From: Basidiobolus meristosporus CBS 931.73
Taxonomy: Eukaryota; Fungi; Basidiobolomycota
NCBI GenBank assembly: GCA_002104905.1
Contig: MCFE01000361.1
Span: 1-64,000, forward strand
Length of the DNA stretch: 64,000 bases
Direction: 5' to 3'
Every line of letters starts with the position of its first letter. Positions within the stretch are counted from its first letter, which is position 1. A program made the position numbers and the translations under genes. The notes beneath the pieces were generated by a model that did no database searches, was not told where the DNA came from, and saw nothing but the letters and a program-made list of their open reading frames with translations. Shown one piece after another: positions 24,456 through 37,800 of this stretch.

Positions 24456-26028
24456 TCACTTGGATTTCTGCACCTCGATCTCCTTCAGAACAGCATCCAA
24501 CTCTTGCTGGGTCGATTGGATATGGGACTCTAGGGATTGCTTCTGGTTCTTGAGGTTGCGGAGGTTCATCTTCAGCTCGTCGATGGCTCTTCGATCCAAT
24601 TGCATCTGGCGGGTGGTTTGGCTCGAGTTGCCGTCCATGTTCTCTACTAGCTCTTTCTTGTTGGTAAGCTCGAGCTGCTTAAACTTGTATAGTGCGTCCA
24701 GCTGCTCTTTGATTCTAGCGTTGGTGGAGTTGGAGGTGGCCTTGGTGTTTCGGCTGATCTCCCCCTTCTTCTCCTCGATCGATCGCTCCAACTCGGCGAG
24801 CTCCTTTTGAAGCTTCTCCTCTTCGTCCGATACTTTGGACTTGGCTCCGTTGGCAAATGTGGCTAGTGCAACAAGGTCAGCAAGCCTCCGTGAGTAGGAG
24901 TATGTCCAGATATCTAAAGGGAACTTACGCGATCGCCCGGTAGCGGAGTTAGCTCCTACCCTACCCTGGTAATTGTCCGCCAACGCCGTATTCTTATTTA
25001 GCGTGGTGCCACTGTGTGTGGACTGTGGACTGTCGAGCTTGAAATTGCTGATGATGTTTGGAGGGCATTGCCGAGGAAGTGAGGCCCCGTTCTCCACACT
25101 GTCGACAATGTGCAGAAAAGTGATCAACTGGTCCTTGTTTAGCTTTTGTTCACTTCGGACATCCACAAGCTGCCTATTTCAAGCGAGTTAGCACCGCTGA
25201 AGTGAGATTTTCGAGCAGATACGTACCAGGCGGCGTAGATTTGGTCACTGGAAAGGCTGAACGACTGGAATAATTCATCAAGCTGGCTACCTAAAGGTCA
25301 ATCACTTAACTCCACGCCGTTCGAAAGGAAGCTCGGCAGAAACAAAAGCATGCGCCAGACTACCACCTACCAACCACGTATCTTCCGTCTTCGGTATACT
25401 TTGTGAAGATGTGCTCGTAAGTAAATCTATCCGACAGGGGTATGTCCCAATTAAAGACGTCAGCCCCTTGAGCCCTCTGTAGTTGGAAAACTGTAAGTGA
25501 CGGTTGGTACAGTAAACGCGCAAGTTGGCCCATTACCAAGCCTGTGGTTTGCTGGGTAGGGTTCGGGGAGCTTTGATACCCCGAGAAGACGCCAGTTGTG
25601 CCGTTGAAATTTCCACTGCGTGGAAGTAAACCCGCAGGAACCGAGTTGGGAATTGGGTGTCCATTGATTGACTCGTATATCAACTTCATGGCAATCGAAA
25701 ACTCCTCGAAGGTCATCGAACCATCTTTGTCCATATCAGCAAGGTCCCTTTGGAGTGGGTGAGTTAGCGAGGAAAGCAAACAGGCAGCGGACGAATCGCC
25801 TCTTACCAGATCTTTTCCAGGACCGACACATCCAAGCCCGACTCTAGAAATATGTTACGTGCTTGCTCACCTGTTGGAGAAAGGAATTGGTGGTCAATCT
25901 AAGTAGCGCTAGGTCAAGTAGGCTCGCTGCCTATGAATACTGTTCTAACCCGAAAGGTAGCCATTGTTAGGGTTCAGGGAATTGAAGATTCCCCTGAATC
26001 TGTCTAGTTCACCTGGTAGGAAATCCAT
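24456..26028 (-). CDS. END3: EH-domain endocytic protein End3
   Basis: Two EH domains (GEQARNIFLESGL..KIWDLADMDKDGSMTFEEFSIAMKLI; SSDQIYAAWQLVDVRSEQKLNKDQLITFLH) followed by End3-type coiled coils (EEEKLQKELAELE; KEQLDALYKFKQLEL). Confidence 0.8.
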
Positions 26029-26421
26029 TCCGTGGTTTGTTGAAGCTGAAGGTTGCAGATGGTGGTGGGTCTGGAGAACTAATCCCGGTCACGGACAAAT
26101 CGTATGGTGTTGATCGAACAAACCATACTTTTCCATCGCATCCAGACGTTTATCCCAGATCCAGGAAGACGGATTAGTGCTCGCTAGGAGGATAAACAAC
26201 ATGCGTAAATCTCGCATCAATCAAAAAAGATCCCCGACAGCAGTCTCCGCACCGGATATGACCAATCGAACCAATATCATCCGCTCCTACGAAAAACTGA
26301 AGCTCGATGGTAGAAAATGAGTTGGAAAAAAAAATGAAGTCAATCAAAACGGATCCCATGGGCCCTTCGAAAAGCTCGACTTCTCTACTGGCTCCTTTCG
26401 GCGTTGCCTTGAACATTTTAG

Positions 26422-28879
26422 ATGGACCTTTTTAGAGCTTTGGGTGCTGGTGCTAGATTCAACAAAAAACGCTTCAGCGAGGATGTGGCGTTGTTCGAGG
26501 TTTGGGTGGCGACTACGTGGATGTTAGTGCAGCGTATTAACCAACACCGTATCTAGAAACCGTCCTCCACCTCCGAGAGCGGCGTCACGGCAGACAAAGT
26601 TGACGAGCTGCCTCACGAGCTGGACTTCTTCAACAATTACTCCAACAAAAGCAAAAAAGTCGAGAAAAAGGGGGCTGGCGAACCAAGTGATCGGAGCAAC
26701 GAAATAGACGACGAAGGTATGTATGAGCTGGTCGTCTTGGTGCAGGGTCGCTCGTTGGCTGACGTGTCGGTTTTTGCCTTTCTTTCTCGCGAGTAGAGCT
26801 TGGCCCATTCGAGAGTTTAGAGGAGGTATATGGTTTAGCTTCCAGCACTGAGCCTTCGCGCACAGAGACTAATCCCCAAACCGTAGGCCGCGCAATTCAG
26901 AAAGACCCATAGAATCAAAGTGTACGGCGACGATATCCCCAATCCCTTCCGTTCCTTCCCCGACCTATTTAATCAGTATCCTTTTTATGCTCTTCTTGAA
27001 GCCGGTATTCGTAGGTCAAACATCGGTCCTTGACTAGATGCTTAGATACGGTGTCCGCCCTTTCCTCAAGAAGAATCTCGAGCAGGCGGGATTCAAGAAA
27101 CCTACAGCAATTCAGATGCAGTCGATTCCCATCATGCTCCATGTAAATATGTTTCGCTCCGTCCTAATCACGAGTCGACCCGACCCGCTAACCTTGGAAT
27201 CGTGCAGAATCGTGAGGTGATGGCTTGTGCCCCGACCGGTTCCGGTAAGACGCTGGCATACGTGCTCCCCATCCTTCATGACCTCAAAAGCCCCGAGAAG
27301 ATCGGCTATCGTGCCTTGGTAATCGCTCCCACCCGTGAGTTGGCCCAACAGATCTACAATGTCTTCAAATTAATGAGCGCCGGAAAGAAATTCAAGATCT
27401 GCATGCTCACCAAGGCATCTCTTGCCACCCAAGCACACGATGTCCAGCTGAAGCAGAAATTTGGTGAGTTCCCGCCACTTGGTGTTGTGCATGCAAGCGC
27501 TGACCATTCTTCCCAGATATCCTAATCTCCACGCCACTCAGACTGGTCCACGCCATCCAACAGGATCAAATCAAGCTGAACAAGTAAGATGGTTGTATGC
27601 GGGTGATATGTGGAGGAACGGCTTCTGAACCATGGTTTTTCTTAGCGTTCGCCATTTGGTCCTCGATGAGGCTGATAAGCTGCTTGAGCTTGGTTTCTTA
27701 GAACAGATGGACGAGATTTTTGCTTCATGTACATATACCAAATTGCAGAAATCCCTTTTCAGTGCCACCATCCCCTCCGGCGTGGAAGCCCTGGCCAAGA
27801 CGGTGATGAACGACCCCATTAGAATAGTGATCGGTGCCAAGTAAGATCCTCGTAGATGTGTTCCTCCTTACTCTCATACTAACCGGATCCTTGGTTTGGA
27901 CCTGAAGAAACGCCGCTACTGACACGATCAAGCAAGAGCTGGTGTATGTTGGCGAGGAAGAAGGAAAGCTTATTGGCATTCGTCAACTGATCCAGAAGGG
28001 GATCAAGCCACCGGTGTTGATATTCGTGCAGTCTATAGAGCGTGCGAAAGAGCTGTTCCACGAGTTGGTATACGATGGAATCAACGTGGATGTTATCCAC
28101 TCGGAGAGAACCAAGGCACAGGTAAGCACCTGCCTTGCTGACCGACTTCAAACCAGGTGAACTGACCTTGCATTTAGAGAGACAACATCATCGACAGCTT
28201 CAAAGCTGGCCGTATCTGGGTCTTGATCGCCACAGAGCTGATGGCCCGTGGTATCGATATCAAGGGAGTTAATTTGGTAATCAACTACGATTTCCCACAA
28301 TCTGTACAAAGCTACATCCATCGTATTGGTAAGTGTGCTTTACGTGCGATCTCTTGACACTACAAGGTGCCTGATGTAGCTTCTCCCCTTCAAAGGTCGT
28401 ACCGGTCGTGCTGGCCGTGCTGGTGAGGCGGTCACCTATTTCACCAAGGATGATGCCCCATATTTGAAGAGGTATCGACGCGTCAAATGCTCATCGCCAT
28501 TATCACGCCACGACTAACCATCGTCTCTGTAGCATTGTCAACGTGATGAGAGAATCCGGATGTGAGGTGCCCGATTGGATGCTAACGGTGAAGAATCCAA
28601 GGTAGGCTCGACGCTGAATGATTTCTAGGGCTAGTTCTCACTCCCACCCCTTCAGCAAAAACGAGAAGAAGAACCTTAAACAACGACCCATCAAACGTAA
28701 AACCATCAACACGATGTCCGGCTACGACAAAAAGAAGATCCATCACAAAAGGTAAATGATTTCTGCCATCATATCTTGGCATTAGTATTCAACTTATTTT
28801 GCTCCTTATCAGACAGGTCATCGAGCACTCGAAAAAGCGCAAGACAAACGACACCTCGGAGACAGCGACCAAGGAATGA
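26422..28879 (+). CDS. ROK1: DEAD-box RNA helicase Rok1/DDX52
   Basis: [18 protein letters not shown] start, [75 protein letters not shown]. Confidence 0.95.
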
Positions 28880-28942
28880 ATGGATGTGTGGGGGGAGGGT
28901 TTTGTTGATTGAAATAAATGCTCATTACAGTGGTATTGCGGA

Positions 28943-31900
28943 TCATGAGAAATTCTTTTGAAGGGTGGCTCTACATCTCCAGAATGTGATGGGGTTATCT
29001 AGCTTGGCCTTGAGCATTTGTTTCACAGGTCTGCATGTGCACAACGAGCAGAGCTCGGAATTCACCCTGATGGCGTCCATGCCTCCGGCGAGGACGCATA
29101 CTCTTGGGAATCCATTGTTCACAAGCATTTCACCAACCTTGTGATTCGGGGGGGGGGGAGTTAGTGCTGGGCAACGTTTACGGTGGAGAGGATGAAGTTA
29201 CCTGCGGCCCACTATCGCCCCTGTCCGACAGCACGATGTGGTATTCTCGCTTGAGTTTCTTGAGATAGAACAGTGTCACCTCCAGGTACGATTGTTGCAT
29301 ATTAATGGAGTATGGAATGTGTCCATGAAGAAACCTACCGCACAGTGTCAATCAACCAATACCAACAGGAACATTCCAGGCCAACTTACTCTTCATCATC
29401 TCGGGTATCCACAACAATGGCGTGCTCACCGATCTTCACCAAATCCGAGATGTTGATCCGCGGGGCTAGCTCGGATTTCCGGACGCTGACGGGGATGGGC
29501 TGCTCCCACCAGCACTGTCGCATACATATATGACCAGGTTAGTTTTGGGCTTCGCGCCGGCCGAGTGAGATTCCTTACCTGCACAGCATCCGTGTGACTT
29601 TCTCCGGACTTGTGGATAGGCGTGATGATGGAGTACGGGGTATTCTCGTACATCGACTGGGCGAAGTGGAGGCATTTCTCGATCTCAACGTCGGGAAATG
29701 CTTCGGAGAATAGGCCGATACAGTCGTTGAACTCGCACGCGAGAAGAAGCTCCCGGATCTGACGGAGGATAGAAACCCCCATGAAGAGTGGCAGTGAGCC
29801 GTTTCCAACCAAAAGCTTGTCCCAGAGATGGTATATTTTGTGCAAAGGAAACACATCTATCGCGAATGGAAATCTCTAAATCGTCAGCATTACACATGCG
29901 ATATAGGAACTGGGCTTACGGGTGAAAAGAGTCAGGAACCACGGGATTGCGTACAGCTCGGGTTGGAAGCCGATGGATTTCAGATGGCTGGAAAGCTCGG
30001 GGTCGTGGTACGAGAGGATATGCTGGAACACTGCCAGATGCTCCTGGATCGTGTCGGAGTTGTCGGCGATAAAGAAATTCTTCAGGAAACGGGGGATGAA
30101 CGCCTGGAGACAACAGAAAGCCAGCGGCTCGTCGCTAAAATTCAACGTCAAGAACGGGGCACACAGCGAATCCAGACCTACACATATGGGGGTGAGTCAT
30201 TTGTCAACTGCCACGAGTTTCGACGAATGTGCTACCTTGCCAGTAAACCAGTTTCCCATTCGCAATGGTCCAGCATTTAAGGATTCTCTTCAGCTTCTCG
30301 TGCCCAGCAGACGAGGCTAGTAAAGGGTTGTATTGATGACATCTGGGGACGTCTATTCAGCGCCCAAGTTAGCATTGGATCTTACTGGTGATGCCAAAGA
30401 GAAAGTTACCTAGATCAATCTAAGGAGCTATCATTAGAGATGGGACACTCGACTCAACACTTGAACATACCTGTCGATCAGTGTCGGTTTCCGACTCTTT
30501 GTCGTATGAATTATAAGTGGCCTCGGGGTTTCCGACAATCCCTAGAATGCATGCCCAAATAGGCCCACGAAGAATGGGTGGGATATCAAGCTTGGCGTGG
30601 TACATCATCTCTTCCCGAGAAGCCGGATACTGCCGAAGAAGTTCCACGAACAGGGCGATTCGGTGGAACTGGTACACGGGGTCCCTCTCTCGAATAGCCA
30701 GCGGGATCTTGTCCAAGCCAAACTTCGAGTTCGTGTGGCGACTTTCAAAATCGTACATAATGTCGGGCTTGATGTGTTCGTTCGCGTCGATGGCCGTATG
30801 GAATTTGATTTCCTGGTTCTCCAACGCTCTGATATGCTCGTCATTCAGATCTACGTTCCCCGAGATTACCCCCGGGGTGTTCCGAATCCTCTCCTCCAAT
30901 TCTTCAAGGTTGATCCTGCAGAAGACGTCGGTGAAGTATCTCGCTTCGTTTCGCTGCACCCCGATCTCCTCCCCCTCGTTCACTCGTATGATTCTAGGAA
31001 TCCGTTGAACCGGGGGCGTGCTCAATAGCACTCCGTGTCGTATCATCTCATGCTCCAGATTCCCCCCGGAGATCCTCCAGAGATGATAGATGTGGAAGAG
31101 GCTCAGGTCGTTTAGCGCTTTGGGATACGTGTCAATGGATAGGATCTCCTCGTCTGTGCACTTGGCGAATCGATCCGAGAAGAGAAGAGGCTTTTGGTGC
31201 CAGAGCTGGTGAATTTTTTTCTCGTGTAAGCTGTCGAAGTATGGGTGAGTGAGTAGCTGGGATGCGGTGGCTCGTGCATCTGCATTGACCACCAGGCAAG
31301 AGGAGATGAAGCTCCAGAAGGCTTCTCTGCATCATTCGAGTGACTCTTCAGCTTCGAAAAAACCTCCCCGTTGATCCCGTGAACCTCTTTCAGAGCGTTG
31401 CTCCAGAAGTCTTCATTTAAAATGGTCGGGTCCTCTTTGCTTTTGTCCACCAAGGTCTGAATGGTTCCCAATACACTTCGCACTCCCCCTTCTTTGCTTG
31501 TCCAAAACGATTGGCCAGTGCACGCTTCAACGAGAACAACCCCCAGAGACCAGATGGATTCCTGAAAAGGAAAGTTCGTTAGCACTCGGCCATTTGATGC
31601 ACCACTCTAACGATTGGCCGTACATTGAATGAGACATGGTCGCAAGCGAGCGCTTCAGGGGCTAGGTAATACGGAGACCTTTTCAGATGATCAGTTTACG
31701 AGCTTCTCTCATACACAAGCACTAGACTTACCCAACAGGAAAATCTATATCACGTCCTTCATCGGTTATGTAATACAACCCGTAACCCGCGAGCCTGACA
31801 TTGCCCTTGTGATGTGAATGCGTCAATACGTGAGTATATCATCCGTAATGACTTGAGCCCCTTACTTTGGCGTCGAGCAAGATATTGCTTGGGCAGAGGT

Positions 31901-32476
31901 TTCTGTGGATAACTCCGTTATCCTGTAGATACTTTAACGCGTGTAATATCTGAAAAGCCCAAAGCCGCAACTGAGATAGGTCCGGAGGAGAGCTAAAAGG
32001 CCGAATTGGGAGGTGAATGTGACTCCTTCCACAGTTTACTGAAGTTCTGAGTGGGAAGGAGGCCCCGTACCTGACTTGGTTCTGTGCGGTCGCCAAAGAG
32101 TTCTCGAACATTTCGGTTACCAAGAACAACCTTTCTAATACCACGGGTTAGTGGGCGAGCACCAAGACGATGGAAACCAAGCACATACCATGCTTTCCCT
32201 TGAGAAGATCCACATATTCGCAGAGATTGGGGTGTGCCAGCGTCTACGCAACTGGAGTCAGCCTGAGGGTAACGAGAAACCATACTATCACCGGTACCCT
32301 ACCTGCAACTTCTGGAAGCGACCAAGGATTTCTGTAGTGGAAGGGGTGAGAGGCAGCCCGTGATGGTTGACCTTGTCTTGGGAATTGGCGGAAGCAAGGA
32401 AGCTGGAAATGCACAGATGCCCTTTTTCTTGAGCACCAAAAGCCCCGGCAGCAATATTCTTCGAAGTAGCGTACAT
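28943..32476 (-). CDS. TBCK: TBC domain-containing kinase-like protein (pseudokinase + TBC + rhodanese)
   Basis: [37 protein letters not shown]-like [63 protein letters not shown], and a rhodanese end [13 protein letters not shown]. Confidence 0.93.
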
Positions 32477-32640
32477 GCTGCCTGTGTTCAATGACGGTCG
32501 GGACCAAAACCTCCCTTGATATATCAGTTGCATTAATTAGCCAGATTCCCAACCAACATTTCCGTCCGTAAACCGGAATTGAAGATTTGCCAATCACCCA
32601 TCAAACTGGATCCGTATTTTATTCAGGAGACCAAGTAAAT

Positions 32641-33594
32641 TTACATGTCTTCTTGCGAGTAGGGGTCGAAATAGTAATCAGGGCTAAGCTGGAAATGCTC
32701 CCAGAACTCGTCAGGGTTCAGTCTTCTGGGGAGATCAATCTTCTCGGCGCCAACAACGATGTCCTCGAAGGGCTGTGTCCCGATGACCGAAGCGACCGCC
32801 GGATCTTCTCTTAGGCTCTCGATAATCTCCACTTGCTCCTTGTTGTTCCATGATCTCACGAGCTCCAGGCGATCATACACTTTCCCGTCCGACAGAAGCC
32901 ATCTCTCTCCGGGCGTAAAGTGTCGGTGCAATCCGTTCACGATGGCCTTCGCTACATCCGCGCCATGGATCAAATGAAGCTGGCGGGCTATGATGGCGTT
33001 CTTGAGCTTCTCCGGTGTCATGAAGAATCGAAGCCAGTTCCGAGGCTGTCTGAAATGCGGTTGAGTGGCTGTCGGAGAAGATGGTTCACTTGTGATAGGT
33101 TACCTTGAGCCGCCCCATAAGCCAGATAGGCTGGGAATTTCAAAGGACGTTGATCAGAAATCGTATCTTTTGCGATGCCAAGGAAATACTTACTGTAGAA
33201 CGCTTCCATTGCAAGGGGCTTCGAAGACAGCGTTCTCGGTATCGAATCGAGTGTGCTTGGAGTCTACAGGGGAGTGTCTAGTGGAGTTCAGCTTATCAAA
33301 GGGACGTGTGGAGGATAGGAAGATATACTGAGGCTGAATGGAATGTAGCTTGTTATAGTCCTCTACTAAGCTACGGAGTTCAGCCCCTGTGCGTACAGGG
33401 AAAGTAATCACTACTGTTCTGGCCGTTGGAAGTGATTCGGTGCTTGATTCCAAGGACCAAGCATAGGTTCCATCACGGCCATCTCTAGTTGTTGCTGCCA
33501 CGGCTATATCCTGGCGCTTGCACAAATCATAGGTGTATTGTCCAACAAAACCCTTGCCAAGAATGAGGATTTCAACCGAAACGTTATGGTCCAT
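32641..33594 (-). CDS. NAD(P)-binding Rossmann-fold (epimerase/dehydratase-like) protein
   Basis: ILILGKGFVG dinucleotide-binding motif. The spliced product reads VLHLSGLWGGSRQPRNW, then LHLIHGADVAKAI. Confidence 0.78.
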
Positions 33595-33833
33595 TGGAAG
33601 AAAGGGTGGTAAACGGTACCCGAGAAGTGACGATTCCTCGATTCGTTCAACAGTCGATTGGTTTTATGCAAACCGATTTGGATGGTGCGGAATTTTTCGA
33701 GATGGATTACGAGAATTTGATTCCGTCGATGTTCCCCAATCTAGGTAATTGGTAATTATCTAGGAGGAGGCTGAAAACCCGGACTATTTTGGATCGCATG
33801 CAATTTCGATTGCTGTTCGTTTAGGCACGTACA

Positions 33834-34795
33834 ATGGTCAGTAACGTCAAAGTCCTTAAAACCGAAGTGCGGAAACAGTTGAGGAAAAGTCTCGGCCTAT
33901 TATCCGAGGAGGTGGTGGTCCGTGAGAGTGGGTATCCTCGTCACCTTGAACCCATAGCCATATTGCTCAAACCACTTTAGGCCAGCAGGTGGTTGCTCAA
34001 CTCTTGGACCTGAACGCTTTCAAAGACAGTAAACGTGTGAGCGTTTACATTAATATGTCAGGTGAAATAAAGACCCAGGAGATTATCCGTCAATTATTCC
34101 TGCAAGGTTTGCTTTCTCGCAGGCTCCTGGTGACGGAAGTCATGTTAAGCGGTCTGTCTTAGGCAAAGAATGCTTTGTACCTAGGTGCGATGGGACCAGG
34201 ATGGAAATGCTTCGTCTAAACTCTTACGAAGACTATCTTTCACTTCCCTTGAACAAATGGAAGATTCCAGAGCCAAAGTTGGACGAAGTCAGAGAAGATG
34301 GTTTGTTGAGTTGAGTCGAGCCTACGCCAATTCTCCAATATTCACTTTTGTTGTAGCGTTCGAAACCGGTGGACTGGACCTTATTATTATGCCTGGTAAA
34401 ATGAGGTTTGCTACGGGCTGGTGACTCCGAGCGCAGTCACTAATCCACACTATAGGTTTGGGTTTTGATCTTTCTGGTTCCAGAATAGGTCATGGCAAAG
34501 GGTTTGAAATGGGTTGTCATTTCGTTGTTAATGCTCCCGATTGACTTGGGCTTTTTAGGTACTACGACCGTTATCTTGAGAGTTGTGCCAATAGCGGGAA
34601 GATACCATCCACAGGTAGAGCATATCAGCATCCATCGGACCTGACTGGCAACCCATTGATTACCTTCCGTTCATACCAACAGTGGCACTGGCGCTTTCCG
34701 CCCAAATTGTTGAAGATAACCTGCCTGTAGACCATTTCGACAGAAAGCCCGACTTGATCATCACCCCGCAGAGAATCATATATCCAAAGCATTGA
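33834..34795 (+). CDS. FAU1: 5-formyltetrahydrofolate cyclo-ligase
   Basis: KTEVRKQLRKSL, VSVYINMSGEIKT, GLDLIIMPG, RIGHGKG/YYDRYL, LPVDHFDRKPDLIITP. Confidence 0.92.
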
Positions 34796-34896
34796 GGGCT
34801 TGATGTGATTTATTAAGAATAGATCTCTATGGAAAGACTACAAGAATAAAGATTTGAGTAAATGTTACAGGTGCGTTGCTTTTCGCTCGCATGAGA

Positions 34897-37800
34897 TCAT
34901 GGGCCTTGAACGAGATGCAAGATTGCTTGCTGCCTCGCAAGAATAATCCGAAGTGGTCCCAGAGCACCGAGTTGATCTGGCTGAGCACTGAGGCGATTTA
35001 TCTTGTCGGATGAGCTTCGACAGTCTCTGTTCAACTCATTTTTGATCTTGGCACGCAGGGTCGATACATCGGCCTCCAAAGAGAGCAGCTGCACAATAAA
35101 TGATCGTGCCTTCTCGGCCACAAGATCGTCAGAGTCGGCTAGAAGGGAGACCAGGGTCCTAAGGTCTTGCCCTTCCCACATCTTTATCCAGTGGTTAACC
35201 AAAACCGGGTCTTGCTCAGCGATAGTGGTAAGCGAGACAAGTATCGATACGGTGTGTGCTCTGATTTGGGGCAGCGGAGACAGAGATAAAAGTTTGCTCA
35301 AAGAGATGCCAGCACTGGAAGCAAGGATGCGCTCGCCAAGTGCTCTAGCAGCAGCTATTGTGCGGTGTGAAGATAAATAGTGGTTCAGCAACCCTGCAAA
35401 CTCCGCTACGGTCTGGGAGACGGTATAGGCGGAGCTGCTCCATTTCGGTTTCTTTTTCTTCGACTTCTTGCCATGGAGCTTTGATTTATTCACCACCTCG
35501 GCGACAAACGACTCCGATAGCTTGGCCAGGCATTCTTCGAATCGTGTGTAAGCTTGTTCTCGGGTTTGGGGGTTGTCGTAGAGCATGTTGAATGTAGCCT
35601 CGAACAAAGGTGACAGCCCAGGGATCTTATTCATGGTAAACATATCCAGCATGTCGTACCATACTGGATGGTCCGAATTCCCAATGTCAACCTCATGATC
35701 CAACGTGCATTGCACAAGCTGGACAACCATCTCCTGCAGCGCCTTCGGGGACTGGGGATAAAGGGAGATCAGGGCCAGAATCCAAAGGCGATCTATCTTC
35801 TTTCTCTTCCACTGGTGTAACCACATATCCGATATCCTTGATTGGATATTGTATTGCTCCAACTGCGTGATGGCTTGTACCAGCAGGAGCAACCCACGAC
35901 TGGCGTCAGGCTGAATAAGTGCCTCCAGCGAGCCCAGCTCCTGACTCTTGACCTCGATATCCTTCGAATTGAAAAACAGAAACGAGAACCATGCCTCATC
36001 GATGACCAACGTCTCAAAAAGATGCGCAGCCAAAGACTGATCCTTCTCGACTATCACGTCTATCATCACCGGAAGGATAAGATTATAAAACCACTTGATG
36101 GAGCCCGGCTCGGAATGCTCTTTCAGCGCGGTAAGGAGCTCAAGAATGATGGCAAATCTAGAGTCTTCAGGCTCGTCAGCGAGCAGGATATACAGCTGGT
36201 TCTGGGCAGCGATGCTACCAGGGTTGTTGAAATAGTTCACCAGCGTAGGGCGTAGTTCCTGCGACTTGAACAACGCCTCTCGGTTCTTCCAGGAGGTGAA
36301 GAATACGGACACAAGAGCAGCAGACATCGTGGATTTGTTCTTGTCGTCTTTGAGTAGAGACAGAAGCTGATGCATGTAATTGGTAGTGTTCTCGGTGCCA
36401 ACGTTAGAGGTGTCGTCCCAATCTATCTTCTCGATCAGCCATTTGAAGTACCTCTTCTGCACTAAAGGGGAGGTGATGGAAAGACAGTCGATAATCCATG
36501 TGACCAGATGGTCATTGGTGTTTTCTTCGGTCAGGTACTGCAGCAGATTTTGGCAAAGGTCGGGGCATTTGACATCGATGCTGTAATCGGCTTGGAGTTC
36601 CGCGGTGGGGTCAAAGATTAAACTGACCCTTTCGGTGGTGGGATTGAACAGCTGGACAAGTGCATAGAAAGGGCTTGCTCGTTTGTTGTATATACGCTTC
36701 CTTTTCTTGACCATGGCGGAGAGTGGCTCAAGAATAAGCTGAAATTTCTCTGGCTCCCAGGTCAGCCAGACCGCGATAACGTGCTCCAACAGAAATTTCC
36801 TATCGCTGGGATACTGGCTTCCAATCAAATCTTTCAACTGCTCGCTGAACGTTGTGACCGATTCTTCTCCCGCATAGCGGATCCATAACTCAACTCCCTT
36901 GGTGACCAGTTTGTCGCGGTCATACATCGCATGAGGCGGCGGTGCAACTATGAAGTCTGGTCCAAGCACGTTATCGATCTTCGGTTTATCGACAGCTACC
37001 CCAATAATAGATGTTGCTCTGGGTTCTGCACCTATGCTAGGGACTTTGTCAGAAGGTTGGGGTGTGCTTGCGTTTCCGCCCGGACCCGCTGTGGAAGAGA
37101 TAGAAAGGTCACGGATGCCTGAGCTTGACGGTCGTATGACCGGGGGTATGGGTTTTGGAAGAGTTTCCTGCTTAGGGACAGGGGACAACGGCGGCCTGGT
37201 ATTCTGGCTACTTGATGATGTAGAAGTGGATGTTGGCATGCCGATATTGTGGTGGCCTGACTTTGACGGGTTGATGATTGGAACGTCAAGACTCTTCGGG
37301 CGTTTGATCTCGGGCGGGTGCGGATTTTCCACAGTGTTGGTCAAGAACATCCAATTGGAATTGGCATTTTCCTCGCTTAGATTGTAAACACCTTGACCAG
37401 AGGCCTGTTTCAAAAATGAAGCCATTCCCTGGACTGATTCGGTGGTCAAGGGCTGCTCACTTTGTCTGCTGGGCTGAAGATGATCAGATAAGTTGGTGAT
37501 GGGGGTGCCGGACTCCGGAGTGAAAGCACCTTGTCCCGTAAACGGGGCTATCTTGGGTTGTGTGTCTGAACCGCTAGGCTTGGTTGGAATTGGCGGGTTA
37601 AGGAGAAGCGACTGTAATGAGCCCCCATTCCTTTTTGGCGATGCTTCAGTAAAAGTATTCGCTTGAGGGTTTCTCGCGGGAGAAGTATACCGATTTCCTT
37701 CCGAGTTCGTGGGATTGCTCAACAATATATTTTGGAAACCGTGTGGTGTGGAGGATGACGGGGCTGAAGGCATCACATGCCTAGCAGTAAGGTTAGAGAT

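Noticed and set aside
29148-29158. Poly-G run as a G-quadruplex or regulatory element
   Set aside because: It is a single run forming the pyrimidine tract of a TBCK intron on the minus strand.
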